DNA from: Enoplolaimus lenunculus
Taxonomy: Eukaryota
DNA length: 64,000 nucleotides
Direction of reading: 5' to 3'
NCBI GenBank assembly: GCA_030248215.1
Contig: JASANG010001402.1
Coordinates: forward strand, 124,001-188,000
Shown: piece by piece, positions 51,201-64,000 of the stretch
Position numbering within the stretch: position 1 is the first letter of the stretch
Layout: each line of letters starts with the position of its first letter
Position numbers and translations under genes: made by a program
The notes under the pieces: model-generated
Databases searched by the model: none
Seen by the model: the letters and a program-made list of their open reading frames with translations, nothing else
Told to the model about the DNA's origin: nothing

Positions 51201-51936
51201 CAGACAAAACACCCGGCCCATATTACTTTTGGATGGGTGCCATTTTTTGGCGCGACTGTAAAAGTATAGGCTTTGATTGTAGACTATATTTTTTTGCTAA
51301 GATTAGGCTTAGGCTTGGGAAATACCAAATACGTATATACATCCGTACAGTAATATAATAATATTATGATTGATTAAAATTATCAAAACTAACTTACGTT
51401 TCGCCTTGCGCAATGCCTTTCACAACCACCATTTGGCCCGGTTCCAACGGGTCCATTCGTTTCATTTGTTCCTAGAAAACAAAACATAAAACATAATATT
51501 TCATTTTTACTATAAAATTATAAAATCTAATCATTTTTGTTATGAACTAAGCAACAAAATAATGACATGGTTCAATAGTCTAGCGAGTTCTGGTAGCATT
51601 TCGATAAATTCGAAACAAAAAGCTTTTTCCAATCTCCCTGAAGGTACCATACATACCCAAACCAAGACTGCTGTTTCAATCCAGAAGTGTTTGAGTTCGG
51701 CTCAGGCTTAGGCAAGAATCAATGTAGAAATTTACAAACCAGCTTCGACAATTTTACAGTCAACTTTCTCATTGATGTATATTTATCTTAGAAAGGAATA
51801 ACAGTACCATCTCAGAAGATGTACCAAATTTCCTATCGACACTGTATCTTGTTTGTTCACCTACACTTACTGCCAACTGGTAATAGGAGCTATAGCCATT
51901 TAAGAATATGAAATTAGACAAAATCAAACTTACCAT
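48215..51936 (-). CDS. Tandem-repeat (two-CRD) galectin A, 7 coding exons: 51934-51936 (ATG only), 51398-51471, 50818-51028, 50219-50344, 49115-49267, 48691-48813, 48215-48328; about 267 aa
   Basis: Exons join in phase. The N-terminal carbohydrate-recognition domain (CRD) has ALHMSFR...VCNS...GEWKKEER, the linker GGYY|SVPY, and the C-CRD FHFSPRF...VVRNN...GTWGTEER...INVNGDVEL. The ATG|gtaagt micro-exon is the least certain part. Confidence 0.9.
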
Positions 51937-52089
51937 AGCAACTGTGAACGTAAAGCTTGCAACGGACAAAAATAATTAATATACCACAATCTAAAACCAG
52001 GTAATGTATGTTCAATTTGGTTTCGAAAATAGGTGTGGCGGTTGGAATATCGTATCACTTTGAAAGAACTTTGAAATCTTAAAAACTTT

Positions 52090-52261
52090 CGCCAATGATA
52101 CTTTTAGGGCCGTAACAGTACATCAAGTGTATTCGTAAAACTAATCCTAAACGTTGCAAAAGCGTATTCCTAAACCTAGGCAAAAACTGTAGCCTAGAAT
52201 GTAAGCCTACTCTTTTACAAAGCCACTAGAAACAGGGACGGCCCTAAAAGTAACATAGGCC
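52090..52261. mobile_element. Merlin-like telomeric MITE, subfamily A (older copy)
   Basis: TSD aaaacttt on both sides. Confidence 0.75.
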
Positions 52262-52792
52262 AAAACTTTAATGCATCCGCTATTTTTTTAAAATGCTCGA
52301 AAGCAATGTGAATTATTTGCATGCCGTAATCATGTTGGCAGAAAAATAAAACATCCTTGAAACTTTTATACTTCAATATCCGTTTCGTTATTTTCATCAC
52401 TATTCTTTCCCGTTATTATTACGATCCGTTTATTACACCCAGTTGGGCCAGTTTGTTTAAAGTGAAAACAATGACAAATTTGTATAATTATTAGCTGTTT
52501 GAGGTGATCAAATATATATATTCAATAATGCACTATAATGGAAGCAGAGAGCGCACTATAAAGTTAACCGTTCATCCAGAAAGTATCCGATTAGCGGCCA
52601 ATGTTACTTTAAAAGGCGTAACAGTAGGTTAATCGTATTCGCAAGCCTAAGCCTAGAGTTCCTAAGCATACGCATAAGCCCAAGCCTAAACCTATGACAA
52701 AAATAGACATCGGATATTATAGGAAACAAACGATTTCTTGAAGATCAATCCCTCAGTGAGTTTATTTATAACTGGTTGAATTTCAAAACTTT

Positions 52793-52942
52793 GGCCCATG
52801 TAAAGATCAGTGGCGGAACGTTTTTCTATGGGACTGCAATAGAATAAGCTTAAACTTTAGACTAATTACTTTTGCTTGGCTTAGGCTTTAGGCTTAGGAA
52901 TATGCTTATAATACTGTTCCGTCCCTGTTCATTACATTGGCC
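52793..52942. mobile_element. Merlin-like telomeric MITE, subfamily C
   Basis: TSD aaaacttt/aaaacctt. Confidence 0.85.
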
Positions 52943-53439
52943 AAAACCTTTAACGAGTCCTGAAATTTAAAAATTACGGCAAAACCTACACTAAAACCAC
53001 AAGTAGCTTTCTTGCCGACGCTGTATCCCTCGAGTATGACAACACAATGTCAACCAAAAACTAAACAAGACAGCAAAATTTGCTGAAACATGCTGTTTTA
53101 ACGACTTTCTTACCGTCTCAACTGAGCTGCTTTAAACTTAACGAAATCCAATTTTAAACTCACCCATATATCTAGCAATGTTTAAAATATTAATTGTCCT
53201 TTTTAAAATCCTAAAATTCTGACTATTTCTGCACATCATACCCTAATTATAGCTAAAATACTGTAGTTAGCGAACAACTCGTTTATAGTCAAAACCACTC
53301 AAACGCACAAAAACCCAATAATGTTTACTTTTAATGTTAAATGTAAGCCGAAAAGCTTTATGAAAAGCGACAATTATATAAGATATTAAAAAACAAACAT
53401 ATGTGCAAAAAACAGCGATACAAGTACCCAAATACTTAA

Positions 53440-53735
53440 GCCCCATTCACAAGTGCAAGTTTTTGCAGCGAGAACTCACGGCTGCAACTTGCCCCAAATA
53501 CTTGCAGCTGCAAGTATTTTCAAAGGAACATTCTTATTGACTAATCAAACTGCAGATGCAACAAATTCAAGCGACTTGCAACTGCGTTGATAGGTGCGAA
53601 TTTAAATTCAATAGCATGAATTCCAGTGAATAATTTGCAGTTGCAAGAAGTTCAAAGCTGCTTTGTATTCAAACTTGCGCGTGCAAGTTGCACGTGCAAG
53701 TTTTTGCTGCAAAAACTTGCACGTGTGAATAGGGC
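53440..53735. mobile_element. TTAA-flanked MITE rich in TTGCA/TGCAA motifs
   Basis: ttaa|GCCCCATTCACAAGTGCAAGTTTTTGCAGC...GCTGCAAAAACTTGCACGTGTGAATAGGGC|ttaa. Confidence 0.8.
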
Positions 53736-54207
53736 TTAAACTTCAATGTGAGGATTTTCAAAAAACAACGATTCAAACATTTTTCTGATTACGGATTTAA
53801 AGATTGGTTTGCGCTGCCGGCCGGCGCCGCCCGACGTTCTTTAAGATGCAACACGGCGTCGAAAGGTGTTAAAATTATCAAAAAGCATACCGCCACCGCA
53901 TTACAGGAAAAACAGATATTGCCAAACTTTGAACACAAACTTGATAACAACGAAATTAGCTTCCAAACTAAACCAATATAAACATTCACTTGTTTATTCC
54001 TGGAACACCGAAAAACAAAACCCAAAATCTCGACTGGAAACGTTTTTTCCGAAATTGTGTGAATTGTGAAAATTGTGACATGATCCATGCAAAATATAAA
54101 AATATGGAGTACAATGATTTATAGCTCTCAAAAGGCGATAGAATGGCAAATATCTTTACGTAAGAAAGGCCTCAAACAGCGGATTTTAACGCAACACCAC
54201 AACAGCA

Positions 54208-54242
54208 GTATATATAGGTATATATACATATATATACATATA

Positions 54243-54315
<73 letters not shown>
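54208..54315. repeat. (TA)n microsatellite
   Basis: About 100 bp of near-pure TA. Confidence 0.95.
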
Positions 54316-54318
<3 letters not shown>

Positions 54319-55464
54319 GGTGCCCACGGCTTCGCAGGCTCAATTTTTCAGGTGTTTTCAGGTTTTTTACAAAATTTTTTTCAGGTTCTTGTAGGCGTCC
54401 CAACATCAAAAGTGCGTCATTCTTGGAAAGAACACCGCATAGTTAATTGTGTATATAGTATGTTAGTTGATATTAATTTCTGAAACAAGATTGAAAACTT
54501 TACAGGATAAATATATTGAAATCCATCGCATTATACAAAAGCGACAGCAATCTCAATACAACCTGAAACGTTGATCAATCTAGTTTCTGAAACATTGTGC
54601 ATGAGCTGTTGCAAATATAAATTTCGCCAGTTTAAGCTTTAGGCTATTTTTTGTATAGGCTTAGGCTCAGGCTCATCTATACGCTTAGGTTTATGCTCAC
54701 GCTTAGGAATGAATATGCTTATACTACTGTTCCGGCGTTGTTCTATACATGGGCCCCACTTCTAATCCCACCAGTATACGCCTATGGGCTCTGCCAGCGA
54801 ACCAACCACTTAAGCCGTTCATAAACAATCTTGTCAACGATCCCACACATTCTATGTTTGCTTCCGACTTTTGTTGGCCAAAATTTGCCGTCTTAACACA
54901 TACATATAGAAAAACTCGATTGCCAACTGTGACCAATAGCAGCTATTCAAAGTATACATCATATACACAACGTTGCGTTAAAATCCCCAATTCCGTAATT
55001 GTGTAACAATTTTTGTAAATACGCAAACACAAACAGACAAGCAGACAAACATATCTATATCGATTCTATAAACTAGCAAAACAATTAAAATTGAGAGAAA
55101 ACAAACGAACGCCAATACTATGAAATACTATAAATCCATCCACTAGGGTCCATATTCTCAAATGTGTATAGCAACTATCATCAGTTAGCAGGGTTCCACC
55201 AGAATTCCTGTTCCGGCCGGAATTTCTGCAACACTTCAATTCCTCTTTTTGTTCCTGTTCCTGCATTCAAACATGCAGGCACTGTGATTTGTACAGTTTT
55301 GTGTCAAATGATTCAAGATCATTTAAATGCTGGAAACTTTCTTTGAAAAATTTTGTTGCTTTGAAATGCTATACACAGCTGCCAAGTGCCAATACGGTTC
55401 TAAGGTCAGTCCAACACTCGGCTTAGCTTACTTAATCTGCCTGCAACCAAAAATACTTAGTAGA

Positions 55465-56430
55465 GCTAACCAGTCGTAGTGGGACTACATTTATTGAGCG
55501 AAGCTCGAACACACGTAAGCAATTAAGGCAATATGCAAATTAGTTGTTAGCTAACTATTCATTTATCGGTTTTGGAGGTTTGTAAGCAATTTCCGCAGAT
55601 TCCTCGCACCCAAAAACCCTTCAGCCACCCTAATAATTTTTCGAATAATTTAAAAAGTCCTAATTTTGTCTTGTCAATTAAGCTAATATGCAAATTAGCT
55701 ATTAGCTAACTATTCAATTATCGGTTTTGGAGGTTTGTAAACAATTTACTCAGATTCGTCGCACCCAAAAACTTTCAGTAAACCCTAATAATTATTGAAA
55801 TAATTTAAAAAGTCCTAGTTTTGTCTTGTCAATTAAGCTAATATGCAAATTAGCTATTAGCTTACTATTCAATTATCGGTTTTGGATGTTTGTAAACTAT
55901 TTATTCAAATTCCTCGCACCTAAAACCCCTTTAGTGCTGAAATTATATAGCTTTTAAACTTAATAATTAGTGAAATATTGTAAAAAGTCCTAATTTAGGC
56001 TTATAAACTATGCTAATATGCAAATTATCTATTAGCTAACTGCTCAATTATCGGTTTTGGAGGTTTGTAAACAGTCTGCGCAAATTCCTCGCGCCCAAAA
56101 ACCCTTTAATCTTAAAAGTAGATTGCTTTTAACTCTAATAATTAGTAAAATACTGTGGAAAGTCCTAATTTCGGCTTAATTAATTATGCAAATTAGCCTG
56201 TAGCTAATAAACGGCTTAAAATTTTAAAACCCCAACGCGAGGTTAACACCCGATGATAATTGGCTTTCAAACAAAAAAAGTTTATCAAAATCGGTTCAGC
56301 CGTTCCTGAGATTCTTTTCGGACGGACAGACGGACGGACGGACATCCACCTTTCGACCCCCAAGTACAAAACATAAAACGCTTCGCGAACCTCCGAGCTT
56401 CGCTCGGAGTTTCGCTTCGCGCAACAAAAA
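55465..56430 (-). mobile_element. DINE-1/HINE-like non-autonomous Helentron with central tandem repeats
   Basis: Subterminal inverted repeats ttgagcgaagc (about 55494) / gcttcgcgcaa (about 56414); GGAC/AGAC microsatellite at 56319-56344; aaaatcggttcagccgttcctgagat motif; 4-5 tandem units of about 150-180 bp (ctaatatgcaaattagctattagctaac...); terminal hairpin gtagt-ggg-actac. Confidence 0.7.
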
Positions 56431-56835
56431 CATTCATAACATTGCGACCCTGAATGGAACACTATTGACTGACAGGTGTTAAAATTTAAATTTTATTAAA
56501 AATACATCTCACGATGGAATACAAAAATAAATTTCTTTTCTTTCTTGTACCTTCCAAAATTGTTCATCGTTTAAATAATAAAACTAGTCTCTACATATTA
56601 CGAAATTACTGCAATCAAAAGTAGTATTAGTCAGACAACAGAAACATACATACATACATACCTATATATTCATATACAAATATACATATATATGTATATA
56701 TATTCCGTTCAAATTTAAATTTATCTAATTTTATTTTTTCTTCATTTTTCTGTAAACGTCTGAATAATAAAATAGTCTATAACAAACAGCTGCGTCATTC
56801 TAGGGCCCGCATCCTCAAATGTGTATAGCACCTAT

Positions 56836-56975
56836 GACCAATGTTACTATAAGGAGCGTAACAGTAGATTAAGCATTCCTAAGCCTAAGCCTAAGCAAAA
56901 AATGTAATCTAGAATCAAAACTACTCTTTTATAGACCCACCAGAAACCTGGACGCCCTTTAAAATAACATGGGCC
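56836..56975. mobile_element. Merlin-like telomeric MITE, subfamily A
   Basis: Perfect TSD gcacctat; an empty-site paralogue (ctcaaatgtgtatagcaactatcatca) lies at about 55157-55183. Confidence 0.9.
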
Positions 56976-57390
56976 GCACCTATCATCAACTGTGTTGGTT
57001 GATAAGTCTTGTAACTTTTGAACTAGTTACTTCTTGAAATTTCAAAGCCAATAAAATTCCAAAACGCATATACATCACAATACACTGAATTAAAATTGAC
57101 CAATTAAATTTCAATTTGTGTTCCACCCTTGCACTTTGCAGATAAATATTTTATTCTCAAGCTCAGGCTTAGGCTTACAGTTTAGGGCGACCTTAGACGC
57201 ATCATAACTTAACATTCTTCAACACCACTGTCAGTCTAGGCAGGAACTGGAAGCCTGCTTCTTCAACTGTCTTTCTAGTCGACTATATGTCGGCACGTAT
57301 GCTGTCGGCTTGCATACAACACAAAGTGCACTGTTTATATTGCATATGCACTACGACAAGCATGTCTCAAGCTTACAAAACTGCTAATCG

Positions 57391-57567
57391 GGCCCATGTT
57401 ACTTTAACGGGCGTCCAGGTTTCTGGTGGGCATATAAAACAGCCGACTTAGATTCTAGATTACATTTCTTTGCTTAGGCTTAGGCGTATGCTTAGGAACT
57501 CTAGGCTTAGGCTTAGGCTTACGAATACGCTTAATCTACTGTTACGCCTCTTAAAGTAACATTAACC
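57391..57567. mobile_element. Merlin-like telomeric MITE, subfamily A
   Basis: Perfect TSD gctaatcg. Confidence 0.9.
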
Positions 57568-59259
57568 GCTAATCGGATACTTAACGCAGTTTGCTAAATA
57601 ATACTTGAAGCCAGAAAAAACTTACATCTAACCAGTGTGTTATTGACGTAACATATTATTATAAGTATAAGCATTTAGATAACAAAATTCGATAATACGG
57701 AATGCACTTTAAAAAATACACCAGTACTGTAATGCACAGAAGTTCACTAATCGTTGCCTGCCAACCTACACAGGCACTGAGCACAACTTTGAACAAATTT
57801 AGCTAAAATCTCACTACCATCAAACAAGATAAAGCTACACCGTAAATTTCTGTGAGCTGATTTTAACTCAGAATGAGTTGATTCACTCAGTCTGGGTTAG
57901 GACTATGACAGAACACAGCATTTTGAGTTGATTCAATTTATTCTGAATTAATTAATCAACTCACCAAGAGTCAATTCAACTCTGAGAAACAAACAACATA
58001 ACTCAGAGTGAGTGTTAATGTTTACTGATATTAATTCAGAAATAACCAACTCGCAAGCTAATTATTAATAAATTCATTGAAATTTACGGAGTGTCAAGGC
58101 CGCAGTATGATTTTAAAGCGAATCAAATTAGGCATACGCGCTATAAAGTCGAAGACTTTGATTTCAAATTTAAAGTATTTCCCACTAGCGGATCCAGAGG
58201 CGGTGAGGAATACGGTTCCCGTTAGAAATTTTCCTGTCATAAAATTATAAGGTCCCTACCTTACATTTTTTCCACTCACAAATTTTTTTGTAAAAAATAA
58301 AAAAATTTTCCCTCGCAATATTAATTTTGTGATAAAATGCTCAGGTACATTATTTTGCGTTTCATTACATTTAGCAACGCGGCCACCCCGTCAGAAATTT
58401 TTAGATCCGCCTCTTGTTTTGCCTATTAAGCTATGTTGGCAACTTTGAAAAATAATTCGTCATTCATCATCAATCAAATGTAAACAAAACAATACCAAAA
58501 AAGAAAAAAACTGAAAACGGAATCTAGCAGCGAATTATTATATTCTAAAATTAATATTTCAACTAATACAACCCATACACAAGCAATATATACGTACGCA
58601 TTCAAGTACATAGTGTGCTCGCTAATGTACAATAAAGAATTTCACTATAACGTAGCTCAAGATAAATAGATAGATAAATAGGATATCCATTGAAAGAGAG
58701 CTCGAGATGTTTGGACACAGTCAGTTGGTCCGTTACACAGTCTCTCAAAACTAGGATAATTAAATTATAGTCTAAATTAAAATCTTAATGATTCTGTTAC
58801 GAACCGATTTACGTTGCTCAATATAATATAGATGATCTAAGAGACAGACATAAAGCAAACAAGCATACGCTTAAGAATTTTGTCAAATTTTCAGTCAACT
58901 TGCGTTTTAAACTTTACAGTTTTTGATTCGCAAAATTTAATTATTTAACCAAAATATACTAGTTTATCATTATTTTCTAAATAATGCTTAAAAATTTCGA
59001 ACCGTTTTGCTAAGTTTAGCGTTTCCTTATATAACCAGCCATTGCTTACACAGTACAAACTCCTCGGTTGAAAACATAAACCAAAATGTTCAACCGAAAT
59101 AATATAGGCGCACCTAAAATCGTTCAACTTAAAATTAACCACAGGCACAACTATGCATCTGAAGCGCATTCCAGATATAACAACCATTTGGGCTGGCCCT
59201 AGGCAAAGGATTACAAGATTACATCGCAAGTAGCCTTCAAGGACCACAATCAAACCAGA

Positions 59260-62200
59260 TCACCAATGAATGCCTTGAATATCGACATCTCCTTCAATCA
59301 CCAGATTATCAGCACTTGTTGGTGGCAAGCGATGGTGATACGTACAGTATTCAACCCCGTCGATATAAATCTGAAAAATAATCATCAACCACATTGCAAG
59401 GGCGAATCCAGAAATTTTCGAAAAATGGGAGCGGTCGCATGAGACATATTCGTGGGCAAAAGCCCGCCAGCGAAGCGAACAAGAAGCCAAACGGCAAGGT
59501 AATGCTAAACCTTCACACAAAGTCCTGGTTTTGATCTCAGTTGGGAGCACAGTTCCACCCAGGGTGCGATCGGGTTTCTGGTTCCGGTCACAGCCAAAAC
59601 GACTGGCTTCAGTATTATCACCTGACCCGATATTCGCTGAGAACACATTTTCATAGCCCCGTTACTTATATATGTGTGCCCATAATTTAGCACTGGCTTC
59701 CATTCCAGTCCCACTATTGGAATTGCTAGTACGTACGATTAAAGTGAAATCTGTTCCCGTTCCCAATTTTTCACACTAAAAACCGGTAACCAAAACATTA
59801 TTCATTATTTTCAAATTCGACCTATATTGTTTTGGCGAAAACTAAACTCATGTGTTTCCATATTATTGTTCGTTGAAACAAAACTAAGCATTCTTGTTAA
59901 AAGTAGTCGTATTATGTTTTCAGCAAAATTAAATTCAACTCATTTCAAAGAAAACATTTTACAAGAGTTTACCACCAAACACTATATACGCTTACCCGAT
60001 ACACATCATCTTCACACTTTATCAACATATCAAAACAGCGATCTTTCGCGAACGGAAATTCTCCACCGTCGCGTTCTTCAACATCGTCCCACGTTCCACT
60101 CCGGCATGAATTGCGAACAACTTTCTGAAACACAAACATCTTAATTATTAATAACACTGAAACGCTAGGAACACGTATGTATGATATTTTAAGAAGCCAA
60201 AACTACAATTTTAGTACAATACTAAACTTACGAGCCAAACAAACGTACCTTTTCTTTAAACCGAGGGGCAATATGCAAAATATAGTCTCCTCCGTTTTTG
60301 ATATCGACTTCAAACGCTTCTGCTTTCTTGTCAACAACGCCCGCAACATAAATCGCTTTGCCAGGCTCAATGGCTCCAGACGGCAGCGCAGTTTGAAACG
60401 GAACCGGCTGCAATCACAAAACATAACACTACTTTTTAAGTGTAAGCTCACCACTACTTTCTTTAATCCAATACTTCTCACCCCCAATGATGCTAAAGTA
60501 ACACTAAAATGTTATAAGGTTTTCACGAATTCTGTTCACTTGGAACGCGATTCTATAGTAGCAGCAAGGAAGCATATTACGACAATGTACATGAATGTAT
60601 TGCAAAATCACTGAACAATAAATTAAATTTGCCAACAATTAATTACAATTGCCATTTTCTGTAAAAATAATGCTTCTTACAAAACAACATGCGCACACTG
60701 TGCCACACTAAAATGTGTACAAGCATCATGAAATTTCCGATCTTTACAACGACAGGTAAACCATATTTAAAAGTTTAGAGCAAAATTCGGTAAATGATGA
60801 CGTATGTGCGCCAATTAAACTACGATATATTCCTACTTTGATGACGAATAAAAATGTTTGTAGGCTCTCGTACACTTTCCGCCCACAGTGTTCAAATTTT
60901 CCCATTTTGGCATAACTTGGGCGTAAAATTGCGCTTAGAGGTAGGTTTAGAATTAAGTTATAAGCTTACGCGTCCAATTCTGCGGTAAACAGGGTGCAAC
61001 CGGAATTATAAAATACCGGAACCGGAAAGTTAAAAAATACCGGAACCGGAAAATAAAAAATATTTGTTACCGAAAAATTCATTTTAAGCGCTAGTTTATC
61101 GCTTTTAATGCTGTAAACACACTATTTAGAATGCTAAGATCCTGAAACAAATGCAGTAGGTGGAAAAATATGATAAATTATGGAGTTTGGCACAAATTGA
61201 AAATTTTGGCCATACACGCTCGAACAATTTTAGATAAATAAGTTACAAAAAATACGCCAATTTTTCTTCAATTTTCAAATGAGAAAAAATTTTCAATACC
61301 GAAAATACCGGAAAATTGCGGTGAAAAAATACCGGATTTTTTACCGGAACAGGAATTCCGGTTGCACCCTGCCGGTAAAGTGTACAAAAAGAAATCAAAT
61401 TTTCTGTTTCTCAAACCAAAAAAAGTAGAAAAATTGAATAAATTACGTAAAAAACCAGAACTCAAAACGACATACATAATATCGTCCTTCCCACGCGCAT
61501 CGGTTTAGTTCAACTTCGCCAACAATGTAGATGTGATTGACGTACGACAACGGCATACGGTAATCCCATTTTGCGACCTCTTTGCCTTGTGACCAAACCT
61601 GAAATAGGCACAAACTGTTAGTTGTGCAGAATTTTGTTGAAACGAAACCACGACATCATCTGTGAACCAGTTTTCATCACAGAAATCATTTTTTGCGACG
61701 GCCTGGAGGCCGTCTGTTTGAAAATGAGTTTAACGACCAAATCTGAAATAGGCGTGTCGTCTTGAGAAAATTTGGGTCGTTTAGTTTTTGGGTAGTAACG
61801 AAACATTTCTGGCATTATCGAACGAAAACAATAGTTTACAAAATGTGGTTTTCATCAACACGCCCAATGCTTTGATCCGTATAAAATTTACATAATATAT
61901 CCATTGGTTATATTTCTCTAAATGGAATAAAAAACTTGCAAACACGAATGGCGCTGGCCCTTTATTACGCGCATAAGCCATAGCCAAACTTTTGAAACGG
62001 TGAGATTACGTCCGTTAAAAATCTCAAAGTGGGATTTCCTGTGCTAACATTTGAATAGGTTGCTAAAAACCTCTGGACAAAAATCTCAAAAAAAGGTTTT
62101 CACCCCCAAAAGCTGTCCTGGTTACGCCGCTGCGTACACGCACGTTGTCTAGAGACTTAATGTCTATACGTAATACCTCAAACGCGTCTTCGTGTGCGCG

Positions 62201-63286
62201 TATACGAATATCAACGTCTTCGCCTTGTTTAATGTTCAACTTGTGTTTTTCTTCTTTACCCCATTCACCGTTTTTGAACGAATTCAATACGAATTTGCCG
62301 TCTTGGAGACGTGCGGAAATACACAACGCAATATCATCTCTGGACGCTCCGGCAACATTCGGACCCGTGTGCAGTGATATGTCGAATCTAGCGAAATAAA
62401 CAAAAAAACAATCAAATAATAACCTGCGTACCACAACGGATCGTTTCGGGATATAAATTCATACTGGCTGTCCCAGTACGAAAAATAATTTTTCAAATGA
62501 TACATGTCGTAGGCCAATCTGCCATTCACGCCAATTACCAATTGGCCTAGGCCAATCTGCTATTCTAAGCAAATAGCAGTTTGGCCTAGACCAAATAGCG
62601 TATGCGAGATGCCGCAAAACAACAATGATGTTGTAAGAGCAACTCCAAAATTCAATGCCCTGAATTTAGAAACCAACTCGTTGATACTCACAACTTTCAT
62701 AACGATACAATAAAAGTTCACTACCGAATTTGCCGAAGACAGAGATCTGTTTTTGTATGGGTTGAAGCCGGGGGCAGAGTTCAATGATACCCCAGTTGTC
62801 GAAAAATCCGCCTCGTCAAATATTAATATCGGATACGCGAGTAAATATTTTTACTGTTGATCGGAATGTAATTGTAAGTTAAGCAGTACCATATATAGAA
62901 CCCTCCACGAAAATATTGTGCTGCGGTCGCGGCGAGGATCGAACCTACGACGTACGGTTATTGAACCGAAGCTCTAACCATTGAGCTAACGAAGCCACGC
63001 CAACTTCGCTGCAACAGCCCTATATACACCATAAGTTTGGAACTACAAGATATATACGTATATGAATACGCCGCGAAACCGTATAAGCTGGACAGCGTCT
63101 ATCAAAACTTTCCCACTGACGGTGGCCTACAACTACAGTGCCCCCCACCGACTATCTGCTCAAAATCAACAGCACTAGTGATTAATTCAAATGCACATAC
63201 CTAGTTGTACCGGTCATGTGTCCTTTGAAGAAAATACATTGACCCGGTTGAATCGTACCTTGCAATTTGCTCAAATACGGCATTGG
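59260..63286 (-). CDS. Tandem-repeat galectin B (LEC-1-like), exons 63201-63286, 62177-62387, 61476-61598, 60249-60407, 59996-60124, 59260-59370; 5'-most exon not identified
   Basis: In-phase exons give PMPYLSKL...IALCISARLQDGKFVLNSFKNGEWGKEEK...DIRIRAH...WEGRYY|PVPF...LHIAPRFKEK|KVVRNS...WDDVEER...YHHRLP...IEGDVDIQGIHW*. Intron positions and phases match galectin A, and both have a 211-nt CRD exon. Confidence 0.9.
60990..61371. mobile_element. hAT-like MITE, CAGGGTGCAACCGG family
   Basis: Perfect TIR; TSD gcggtaaa/ccggtaaa; reverse complement of 32613-33059. Confidence 0.9.
62921..62996 (-). pseudogene. tRNA-like pseudogene or SINE head (Ile/AAT-like) in a galectin B intron
   Basis: Reverse strand GGCTTCGTTAGCTCAATGGTTAGAGC...AATAA...GGTTCGATCC: intact D-arm and A/B boxes, but acceptor, anticodon and T stems are mispaired. 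Confidence 0.65.
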
Positions 63287-64000
63287 CTGAAATCCAAACA
63301 CAACAATGATTACAAATATACAAATTCAAACCGCAAACAGCCAATCAAATCAAAATCAGTGGTTGCATTGCAGAACATATTTTGTTCTGACTGTCCAAAG
63401 CCACAATTGGCGGTTGGAAACTCCCAGTTGCCAACTGGAACAAATAACACAGTTTGTAGCTTGACATATAAATACATCAAAATCTTGAAACAAACAAGCA
63501 TCGCTTTTCCAACGCCTAGTGGAATCCGGCCTTTCCATGCAATATAGCCATTCCTGCAATTCTGCTAACGCCACCCTGCAAAAGTTTTAAAACACGATAA
63601 AAAACATAGAACGAAAGTAAACAAAGTACTCAAACACAAGCGCCTATGTTTTCAAATACGTCCAGCATCAATCACCCGCTAGCAGGGGATTCAAACACGA
63701 ATGGCATTTTCCAGGAAGCACGAACCGGAACAGGAATTGAAAATACATTGCATCACTGCAAATACTGCTATTTGACAATAATTGAAAATAAAATTAATCA
63801 GTTTTTCATGTTCTACAAAACCATGCGTCAAATACTTTAAAATATGAGGAATGTGCAGACGAAACATACATAAGCTGTGAACCGAAGTTCCGCTTCCGCA
63901 AAGGTTTAGACGTATGTTTTTTTTGATATTTTTAAGCTTATGCTTTATAAAATTTGACACAAAATTGTAAAGTTCCGGAGGATCCTGTGTCTTTTAACGC

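Noticed and set aside
54087..54446. 119-aa and 93-aa YIYI ORFs
   Set aside because: Translation of the TA microsatellite.
62921..62996. Functional tRNA-Ile gene
   Set aside because: Acceptor, anticodon and T stems do not pair properly; kept only as a pseudogene or SINE head.
63860..63920. Candidate first exon of galectin B (TAT|gtatgt)
   Set aside because: The in-frame upstream sequence has a stop and no ATG or acceptor.

Overview
Eukaryotic, AT-rich and extremely repeat-dense DNA, most likely from a nematode. This is inferred from the TTAGGC/GCCTAA telomere-type hexamers and from galectins carrying the nematode LEC-1-type 'W-x-G-x-YY|PVP' linker; long introns, relaxed acceptors and a U12-type intron suggest an early-branching lineage. 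Three spliced genes were assembled by hand from GT-AG exons with consistent phases: a 16-exon ethanolamine-phosphate cytidylyltransferase (PCYT2, + strand, 18211-43119, 375 aa) and two tandem-repeat galectins on the - strand (48215-51936, complete; 59260-63286, first exon not found). Most of the rest is non-autonomous DNA elements, including about 30 GG-ended MITEs with 8-bp target site duplications (TSDs; Merlin-like) that all carry telomeric-repeat cores. There are also TA-, hAT-, CACTG- and Harbinger-type MITEs, a DINE/HINE-like Helentron, tRNA-derived fragments, and a 4.3-kb 58-bp satellite with higher-order structure inside a PCYT2 intron. Best leads: a perfect U12 (minor spliceosome) donor in PCYT2 intron 10, the telomere-repeat MITE system, three duplicated 3' splice sites, and a His-to-Cys degenerate galectin domain. 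Nearly all ORFs in the supplied track are artefacts of repeats.
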